Assembly: GCA_963931495.1 (NCBI GenBank)
Contig: OZ007020.1
Location: 480,001 to 512,000 of the forward strand
DNA: 32,000 nt
DNA from: an uncultured Alphaproteobacteria bacterium
Lineage (GTDB): Bacteria; Pseudomonadota; Alphaproteobacteria; Rs-D84
Reading direction: 5' to 3'
Part shown: piece after piece, positions 15,258 through 23,600 of the stretch
Position numbering within the stretch: the first letter of the stretch is position 1
Layout: the number at the start of each line of letters is the position of its first letter
Notes under the pieces: model-generated
Seen by the model: the letters and a program-made list of their open reading frames with translations, nothing else
Database searches by the model: none
What the model was told of the DNA's origin: nothing
Position numbers and translations under genes: made by a program

Positions 15258-16727
15258 ATGAAACTTTCACGTTTAATGTTGAACAGTTCTTTGCTGGTGT
15301 TGATGCCGGTGGTCGCAAATGCGGCAGGAACATATTATAATCGCACGTATCAGACACCGCAAAACTCATATGCGGGTAATTACTATACGCCATCGTATAC
15401 AGCGTCGCGGTATAACAGTTATAATAACAATACTTATGCAAATACAATAAATCGTACAGCCGGTGGCGCCACAGGTCAAAATGTTGCGGCAAATACAACC
15501 GGTACAGGTGCGGCAACGTCTGATAAGTCTGGGTTTTGGTTGGATGCAGGTGTGGCATATCAAATGGCAGCGTGGCAATTTGATATGACATCCGCCGGCA
15601 GTCATTTGCACTATGACAATCTGGGGTGGACGGTGCTGGATATTGGGGCCGGATATTCGTTTGATCTGGGCAAGGTCGCACTGCAAATTGATGCCGGGTT
15701 TCAATATGGTATCCAGGTTGGTGAATCCAGTATGATTGACGATGATATCAGTCATGGTGGGTATTTTATAAATGGATTGTGTGAAGATATAAATAAAAAT
15801 GGCGTGTGTGATAAAAATGAAGCCATCTTGGGTGACCAGTGGGGATATGCGTTGTCGGCCGGCACCAGCCAGGGTGGAAATATGTTGGGGTTCAATGTTG
15901 GTGTCGGATTGACCGATGTGTTCAAAATTGGTAATCTGAAATTTACACCGTCAATTGGATATCGCTATTTGCAATATCACTTGACGACCGAAGATAACAG
16001 TGGATTAACATTGTCAACATTCAAAGATGCATCCGGTGGTACAAATTATCAATATTGCTATACAGATGCGGTGACGGGCGAATATCTGTGTATGCCGATA
16101 ACTTTTTCTAATGATGGAACAACGGATACATTATTGACGCCGAATTTTAATGAAGATGGTGCGTTTACTGGTATGACAGGTGCAACGGGCACTATTAATA
16201 CGCCGAATACCTTGTATTTTAAGCAGCCTGGAATCAGCCATTCTTATGATGTTTCGTGGTCTGGACCGTATATCGCAATGGATATGGGGTATGATATAAA
16301 TCAAAATAATTTTGTGAATGCGCGTGTTGAACTGGGGTTCCCGGGGTATACCGCAACCGGTGATCAACCGTATCGCTTGGATTGGCAACATCCAACCAGT
16401 GTAGAAGATACCGCCGGTATGTTCGGGGCATTGCATTTGGGACTGGCGGCGAATTGGTCAACCGCATTGACGAATTCTGTTGCATTGTCATTTGGACTGA
16501 CATATGATTACTATACTGTCAGTGGGGCAGATGCAAATACGTATTGGAATCGGTCTTATTATGAACAGTTAATGGTCGGGGCCGACGAAAATACAACCCA
16601 GGCAATACAAAATACGATTGATCTGATGGAAGCAGATTGTCCCGGTGGTGTCTGTGTCGCGCCAGGTGAAGTAGATTCTGTGTATAAATCTATGGGTGTG
16701 CGCATCGGAATTGATGCAAGATTTTAA
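15258..16727 (+). CDS. Outer-membrane beta-barrel protein (489 aa) with a Tyr/Asn-rich N-terminal tract
   Basis: The signal peptide ends VANA and the C-terminus is GIDARF. The PYIAMDMGYD segment is faintly omptin-like, but this is unverified. Confidence 0.7.
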   Translation: MKLSRLMLNSSLLVLMPVVANAAGTYYNRTYQTPQNSYAGNYYTPSYTASRYNSYNNNTYANTINRTAGGATGQNVAANTTGTGAATSDKSGFWLDAGVAYQMAAWQFDMTSAGSHLHYDNLGWTVLDIGAGYSFDLGKVALQIDAGFQYGIQVGESSMIDDDISHGGYFINGLCEDINKNGVCDKNEAILGDQWGYALSAGTSQGGNMLGFNVGVGLTDVFKIGNLKFTPSIGYRYLQYHLTTEDNSGLTLSTFKDASGGTNYQYCYTDAVTGEYLCMPITFSNDGTTDTLLTPNFNEDGAFTGMTGATGTINTPNTLYFKQPGISHSYDVSWSGPYIAMDMGYDINQNNFVNARVELGFPGYTATGDQPYRLDWQHPTSVEDTAGMFGALHLGLAANWSTALTNSVALSFGLTYDYYTVSGADANTYWNRSYYEQLMVGADENTTQAIQNTIDLMEADCPGGVCVAPGEVDSVYKSMGVRIGIDARF

Positions 16728-16741
16728 TTAGATAAAAAGTA

Positions 16742-17359
16742 ATGCGTTTTATGAAATGTCTTTTTGTCGGCATTGTATGCGTCATCGGATTTTTCGGTGG
16801 CGCATTTGCCACTGATTTAACCGGAACTGCGTCGGTTAATATTACCAGTGATACCGCCGCCGCGGCCAAGGATATCGCTTTTGACGAAGCACGCCGTCAA
16901 ATTATTTCTGAAGTGTTGGGGCAATATGCAAATCCAGAACAATTGGATGACATCATAAAAATTTCTGATGCAGCGGCGTTGACAGGACTGGTTGCGGCAT
17001 CCAGCGTTGATGGCGAACAACAATCTGATACAACGTATTCAGCCAATATTACAATGACAATTGACAGAAATGCGGCGCGTCAGTGGATGAATGATAATTA
17101 TGTCCAGAATTGGTTGACGGACGGTGTGTCGGGGGATGTTTTTGTAACCCAGATTATAATGACTGATAAAATGGCCCGTTGGATTGAATTACGCGATATC
17201 GCACGGCGCGAAGGTATTAATATGACAACGAAATTTATTAACGGGAATCAAATTACGGTTGAAATACCAACGTCGCAACGCGCAAAGTTTACAATCGCCG
17301 TTCGTGAAAATGGATGGCGGTATGAAAATCAAAATGGCGTATTGGTTATATCAAAATAG
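16742..17359 (+). CDS. Secreted/periplasmic protein of unknown function (205 aa)
   Basis: The signal peptide is MRFMKCLFVGIVCVIGFFGGAFA. It starts 14 nt after the upstream stop. Confidence 0.6.
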   Translation: MRFMKCLFVGIVCVIGFFGGAFATDLTGTASVNITSDTAAAAKDIAFDEARRQIISEVLGQYANPEQLDDIIKISDAAALTGLVAASSVDGEQQSDTTYSANITMTIDRNAARQWMNDNYVQNWLTDGVSGDVFVTQIIMTDKMARWIELRDIARREGINMTTKFINGNQITVEIPTSQRAKFTIAVRENGWRYENQNGVLVISK

Positions 17360-17369
17360 TTGGTAACAA

Positions 17370-18233
17370 GTGAAAAAAATTCTGGTGTTTTTATTGGCCG
17401 TGTCGTGCCCGCTTGTGGCAATTGCTGATGATGCAGGTACAGATACGAAAAATGATGATTGGATATTAAATGTGCGGCGCATTGGACTGGATTGGTCGCA
17501 AACACGGGTACAGAATGCCGCAGAATATATCAATTCGCCGATTTCCGCATTGAATGCCACCAGTCAAGATTATATCAAGGGCGTATTTGATACCGTACTG
17601 GAATATACAAAAAATAAGTTCAGTTGGAATAATACGTTGCAAATGGAATATGGACGCACAACACTAAAGCCGTATAATGCGCCACCAACGACTGATGAAA
17701 ACGCAGATAAAATTTTATTTTCCAGTGATTTATCATATGGATGCTGGGATTGGTCGGGGTTGAAGTTTGGACCAACAGTACGTGCCGCGTATGAAACACA
17801 ATTCCGGGATAAAGACGATTCGCCACGACAAAATATTGTTCGTTCCAGTGCCGGTATTTCGCTGTTTGATCATGCAATAATCAAAGGATTGTATCTGGCC
17901 GGAATACATGAATATGATTTTACGTACGCAGGCAGCCAGAACAGTAAACTGGGGGCGGAATTTAGTTGGCGTCTGGAATACAATGTTCGCCAGGGGGTTA
18001 AAGTTTCATCGGATGGATATTATCGTGAATATTTTTCGTATTCTGAATATGTTGGGACGGATTTAGAACGTGATTTAAGTGTTGTATTGCGATTGGATAC
18101 AAATTTGTGGGGCAATTTTACAATGGGGCCGTATGTGCAATACAGATTGGCCAAGGCTCGTGGTGCCACCGATTATGGCAGCAATTTTATTATGGGAATA
18201 TCTTTTAATTATATAACCAAGTTTTTGTTATAG
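17370..18233 (+). CDS. Putative outer-membrane beta-barrel protein (DUF3078-like pattern), GTG start
   Basis: The signal peptide is MKKILVFLLAVSCPLVAIA. It has alternating strands and YTKNKFSWNNTLQMEYG / YETQF motifs that recall DUF3078. Confidence 0.55.
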   Translation: MKKILVFLLAVSCPLVAIADDAGTDTKNDDWILNVRRIGLDWSQTRVQNAAEYINSPISALNATSQDYIKGVFDTVLEYTKNKFSWNNTLQMEYGRTTLKPYNAPPTTDENADKILFSSDLSYGCWDWSGLKFGPTVRAAYETQFRDKDDSPRQNIVRSSAGISLFDHAIIKGLYLAGIHEYDFTYAGSQNSKLGAEFSWRLEYNVRQGVKVSSDGYYREYFSYSEYVGTDLERDLSVVLRLDTNLWGNFTMGPYVQYRLAKARGATDYGSNFIMGISFNYITKFLL

Positions 18234-18236
18234 AAT

Positions 18237-20645
18237 TTATTTAACAACATCAAAACGGACAGATGCGGCATTGCCGTTTTCGTCAATCACGCGTATTATA
18301 TGGGTGCCGATTTTTGCGTCTAAGTGCAATATTTCGCCAGATACAGTTGTCCCGATTGTCTTGTCATCCATAAACCAAAATAATTTTGCATCAGGTGTCG
18401 GTGATATTGCATGACCGGCAATGCGTTCAAAATTTTTATCAGATACGATGACTGTTCGTGTGCCATCAATTGGTGATAAAATAACAGGTGCATTTTGCTG
18501 TGATGTGATTTTGTTCAAATCACACCCGGGCATAAATGGGGGCGGGGTGTTGCGACGTATGCCGGCGCGCTGGAACATATCAATGTATTCAGCATCCCAA
18601 AATTCAAAGACACGCATTTCGGTTGTTTCGGGATTATTGTCGCATGCGCGCAGACCTGTTTCGCGGTCAATTGGTATTGCGCGATATACAGATGATGTTT
18701 CAATTGGTGATTTGCCGGGTATAAAATATGCCCGGGTTGTTTGTGGACAATACTGGTTGGCCAATCCACCAACCGAATCGCACATATCCAGTTCAGAAAT
18801 ATTCAAATCATCGCGTAAAAAATTATTATTATGAATTTTTATCCCGTTGTCAGAATAATATTTTATTACGCTGCGTGCCAAAGAAAAGTATATCGGCGCG
18901 GCCGTTTTTGCGCCACTGAACACATTATTGGGTTGACCGTCAAAGTTACCAACCCATACAATTAATACAAAATCGCCGAATATTCCCGCGGTCCACGCAT
19001 CGCGAAATGATGACGATGTGCCTGTTTTCCAATAATGGCGCAACGAATCTGGCTGGGTGCGGGCAAACGGTATGTGTTTTTGTGGGCCTGATTGCTGGGC
19101 CAGCATATCCAGAACAATAAAAAATGCTTCTGGGGACAGAATTTGTGTGCCGTCGCCAATGGGGGCGTCTGATTCAAATCGTATGTTGTATCGTGTGCCC
19201 AAATTTGCCATCGTTGCGTATATGTCAGCGATTTCCAGCATCGTTAATTCAGCCCCGCCCAGCGCAACTGATATACCGTAATAATCAGGTGACTTTAATC
19301 CAGATACGCCAGAATCAGATAATATTTTATAAAAATTTTTTGTGCCAATTTTTCGTAATAAATTTATTGCCGGTATGTTTCTGGAATGGGTTAATGCGTC
19401 GCGCGCCAATACAGGACCATAAAATTCACTGTCGGCGTTTTCGGGGGCGTATACACCAAAATTGATTTTTGCATCTTTTAACAACGTCATTGAATGTATA
19501 TATCCCATATCAGTGGCGGCGGCATATATCAACGGTTTTAATGTTGAACCAGGACTGCGTTTTGAACGTACACCATCATTTTGACCATATATGTCTGTAT
19601 CAAAATAATTTGCCGAACCAATGTATGCCAGTACATCCATTGTTTTATAATTTATCAGTATTGCTGCTGCGTTTGTAACACCGTGACTGTGGCGTTGACG
19701 TATTTCATCCGACAATGCATGTTCCAATCGTTGTTGTAAATTGTTATCCAGTGTTGTATGAATAATTGATTTTGTATTCTGATTTTTATCCCAACGATTG
19801 TTGTGTCTGGTGATTTCATAGTTAATAAAATGTGGGGCGTGAAATGGCAAATCTGTTATTTTGCGGACACGCAGTGGCATTTGGGCCAATGTATCCAGTT
19901 GCGCATCAGATGGATATTTTTGAATCCAGCGACGTACCAAATCGGTGCGCATATGCATAATATTATCCAGGCCGGTATCTGTATTTAATCCGCGTTTGGT
20001 TGGGTTTTGTGGAATTGTTGACAGGGTTATGGATTCTATTTTATTCAAATTTTGCGGCAATTTGTCAAAGTATATCAGTGATGCGGCGCCAATACTCTCA
20101 ATATTTCCGCCATATGGGGCCAGGTTCAAATATGCTTCCAGAATTTCATGTTTAGAATAAAACATATCCAAATAAATCGCGGTGAATATTTGACGCAGTT
20201 TCCCAGATACACTGCGCGTGTCCATATCGTATTTTATGCGCGCAACCTGCATCGTGATTGTGGATGCGCCAATCGGGCGCGTGGAATGGGTGAAATGGTT
20301 TAATGTTGCCTTGGCCAAGGCAATCGGGTTAATGCCAGGGTGGTAATAAAAGTATCTGTCTTCATATAATATGGTTGCATTACGAATATGTGGGCTGATT
20401 TTATCCAGGGGGGTATACAGTCTGAATTTGTCGTCGTCAGACAATGTTATGCGTAACAATTCCCCGTTGCGATCAAAATATGCGTGACCAAAACTGATGT
20501 CTTGCAGTAATGGCGGGGTGAAAAATACCTGGATAATTGTATATATAGCAAAGATGGCGAAAACGAATATATATACCAACCAATGGCGATGTCGGTTTGA
20601 TGTCGCGGATTCAGTATAAGAATTTGGTTTGCGTTGTGTCGTCAT
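18237..20645 (-). CDS. pbpC: Penicillin-binding protein 1C (bifunctional transglycosylase/transpeptidase)
   Basis: It has the GT51 motif EDRYFYYHPGINP, the transpeptidase motifs STLK, SRN and KTGT, and a C-terminal PBP1C-type domain. It overlaps the A2M stop as ATGA. Confidence 0.88.
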   Translation of the reverse strand: MTTQRKPNSYTESATSNRHRHWLVYIFVFAIFAIYTIIQVFFTPPLLQDISFGHAYFDRNGELLRITLSDDDKFRLYTPLDKISPHIRNATILYEDRYFYYHPGINPIALAKATLNHFTHSTRPIGASTITMQVARIKYDMDTRSVSGKLRQIFTAIYLDMFYSKHEILEAYLNLAPYGGNIESIGAASLIYFDKLPQNLNKIESITLSTIPQNPTKRGLNTDTGLDNIMHMRTDLVRRWIQKYPSDAQLDTLAQMPLRVRKITDLPFHAPHFINYEITRHNNRWDKNQNTKSIIHTTLDNNLQQRLEHALSDEIRQRHSHGVTNAAAILINYKTMDVLAYIGSANYFDTDIYGQNDGVRSKRSPGSTLKPLIYAAATDMGYIHSMTLLKDAKINFGVYAPENADSEFYGPVLARDALTHSRNIPAINLLRKIGTKNFYKILSDSGVSGLKSPDYYGISVALGGAELTMLEIADIYATMANLGTRYNIRFESDAPIGDGTQILSPEAFFIVLDMLAQQSGPQKHIPFARTQPDSLRHYWKTGTSSSFRDAWTAGIFGDFVLIVWVGNFDGQPNNVFSGAKTAAPIYFSLARSVIKYYSDNGIKIHNNNFLRDDLNISELDMCDSVGGLANQYCPQTTRAYFIPGKSPIETSSVYRAIPIDRETGLRACDNNPETTEMRVFEFWDAEYIDMFQRAGIRRNTPPPFMPGCDLNKITSQQNAPVILSPIDGTRTVIVSDKNFERIAGHAISPTPDAKLFWFMDDKTIGTTVSGEILHLDAKIGTHIIRVIDENGNAASVRFDVVK

Positions 20646-23600
20646 TCAGATACTGTAAATATCCCTGTGTCGCCAGTTGCATTGATTTGCGGATTATTCA
20701 TTGCCGTGGCATTAATTGCAGGAATTGCAAATTTACCAGATGCCCCCAATTGCGCAGTATATGTAAATATACTGTCGTCACGTGTCAAGTCGGCGTAAAT
20801 CAGTATGCGATCTTCGCGGACTTCGGCAAAATTCATGTCGCCAGATACAGATTGTGTGTCGGCAATAAATCCCCCAGGCAGTAAGTCTGTTATTACAACG
20901 TTGTCTGCGTAATCTGTGCCGCCACGCGTACGGGCAAAGATTTTGACCGTTACTGTATCGCCAATTTTACCAGATGTGATTTCATTACCATTTGCATCGT
21001 AATATTCGCGTATGATTTCCAGACCATTTGATTCGCGTTTGGCTGTTAATGGATAACCCTGGTTAATTAATGTATAGAATATTTTATTATCACGTGAACA
21101 TGTGTCACAAATAATTTCAATTTGTTCAGGATTATTTTCAATGTGGGTATAAAGCATACCGTTGGATTGTGTCAATATTGCATCTTGGCCGTTTATGGTG
21201 ACGGTTATATCAGATGCGTGTACACCGTTGTCCGTGGCCATGGTTCCCGATAATGCCAATATTATTACAGATGATGTATAAGAACTGTAATTGCCGCCAG
21301 AAATATAACTTTGTATTGTGTCTGATTTGTATGCGTGATTTGTATCAAAATGCTTTGATAAAACATAATAATACATCGCGTCATTGGCCACATTATTATT
21401 GAACGCAGATGTGTATGTGAATTTATCTGTTTTTGATGTTTTATATTTGCTGATTAAATCATCGGCCAATGTATCTTGGTGTAATAATTTATATGATGCA
21501 GCGATATATGCCCCCATCAGTTGTTCGGACCATTTGTCTATATTTTCATTTGCGTATTCGGTGAACACATCAATGTAACTGGTTGTGACATAGTCATTTA
21601 ATGATATCACATATATTGCGTACGCATGTGCGGCGGCGCCCGCTGTATCAGTGATGGGCGCGCCTGCATATGTACGCAGAAAATCAATACCGCGTCCAAA
21701 CATCTGGTCTGGGACATAAAATCCGGAATCTTTGGCCAGTGTCAGAAAGTGGACAATGTATGCGGTTAAATATGCCGTGTCTGGATTTATATTGTTTGTA
21801 TATGGTGAATTTCCGTTCCACATGGCAAAAGAGCCATCATCGTTTTGACGATTTTTCAGTGTGTTTATTACGTCTTCCAAAACCGCTGTTGATTTATCAA
21901 ATGTTGTGCCGATGATTGGATTGGTTGGCATTGTTAAGTACGGTATTGCACGGGATACCAGTTGTTCTGAACATGGATATTCGTATTCTTCCAAGAACTT
22001 TACCAATGGAACAATCATCGCGGGCGCGCCGTTTGATATGTACAAATTACTGGCCGCGAAATCAGGGTATAATTTGATGTCTGATTTATTAATTGTGGTA
22101 TGCTTTGAATTTATTTCGCCAAATTTTACATCTGTTACATATGTTGTTGTTGGGCGCACAGATACGTTGGCGGTTGATGCGCGTGACAGTGATTCCGAAT
22201 TTAATTGTGCATTGACGGTTATCGTCGCGTTGCCGAGTTTATCTGATGCGCGTGCGTTGAATGTAAATAATTTTTCTGTGCCGTTTGGTATATTTTCGGT
22301 CACTGTTGTCGCGCCAGTTAATTCCAGTTTATTATTCGTTTGGACAGATACAGTCATATCCGGTCTTTCGGCCCCAGACATATTTGTTATCACAGAATTT
22401 ATGTTAAATTCATCGTTTGGCGCAACCGCCATTGGGACGTTATTAGATATCATTATCGGTGACTGTACCAATGTCGTCGTATCTGCAGAACCGACCGCGG
22501 TTTCATTTGATGCCACGGCAAATACACTGATTGTGCCATCAAATGTTTCAGGAATGTTAAATGTGTATGTACCGGGAATGTTTGCATCTGTTTCTAAAAT
22601 CCCGGAATAAAATGCCACAGATGGTACATTATCACGACCAAATGGGTTGGTTAAGATTGCGCCCATACCGCCATCGGTGCCGCCATAGTCACCGCCACCA
22701 GTTTGGGCGAATTCGCGCAATATATTATATTCAGGCAATAATAACGATAGAATTTGGAATGTATTGACCTGTAACGCGGATTTTTGAAAGAAATGCGCCA
22801 ATGGATTCGGGATTTTGTATTTCGCAACCTGTAAAATTCCCTGGTTTATGGCAAATATCATTATACGGGCGGGCGCATCGGTTGTATATTGCACAACCAG
22901 GTTATTATCACTTATCTGTTCGGGTACATCCAGTGCGATGTTGATTTCGTTACCAGATGTATCCGTGGCGAATGGTGCAACCGCGTATGCATATGGTGAT
23001 GTGAATATATCGCGACTGGTGATGTCACGAACAAAAGAAACGTTTATGTATCCTGTGCCGCTGAAATCATGGGGCAGGCGGATATGCTGGACCGACGATG
23101 TTGAATTTGTGTTAAACCATTTGTACGCGTAAACGCGATCGCGTTCAATTGTGATTAACCCAGTGCCAGTGTACGGTGCAGTTATACTGATTGCTATGTC
23201 ATCACCAGGGGCATATTCATCGGCATCCAGTTTGATTTGTAAATCTGCATCCGTGTCGGTTTCCATTGACGCATTTTCGTCGTTGGCAACAAAATATTCA
23301 ATGTTGGCCAATATACTGTCTGATGAATCTTGTATCTGTAATGTATATGTTCCGGGTGTTTTTGTATCCAGATTGATATCTGAACCGGCGGACGATATGT
23401 TTATATTTGATTGTGAAATTAATTTGCTGTCAGATACGGTTTGATATTTATAGTTGTTGTTATAATCCTTGACCAAACTGGTCATGTTTTCATGTTTCAT
23501 GATGCGCATTGTCAATCCATTTGCATCAATCGGATTTGCCGTATGATCCAGTGCGATTAAATTGATATTAACATTTGAATTCCGACGGATATATTCCAGG

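Noticed and set aside
15049-15681. 210-aa ORF on the minus strand.
   Set aside because: It overlaps the tRNA-Leu gene and the start of the signal-peptide-bearing OMP gene on the opposite strand.
21861-22610. 249-aa plus-strand ORF. Similar antisense ORFs occur elsewhere in this gene, for example 25788-26369.
   Set aside because: It is antisense to the 1917-aa A2M gene, with no independent start signals or motifs.
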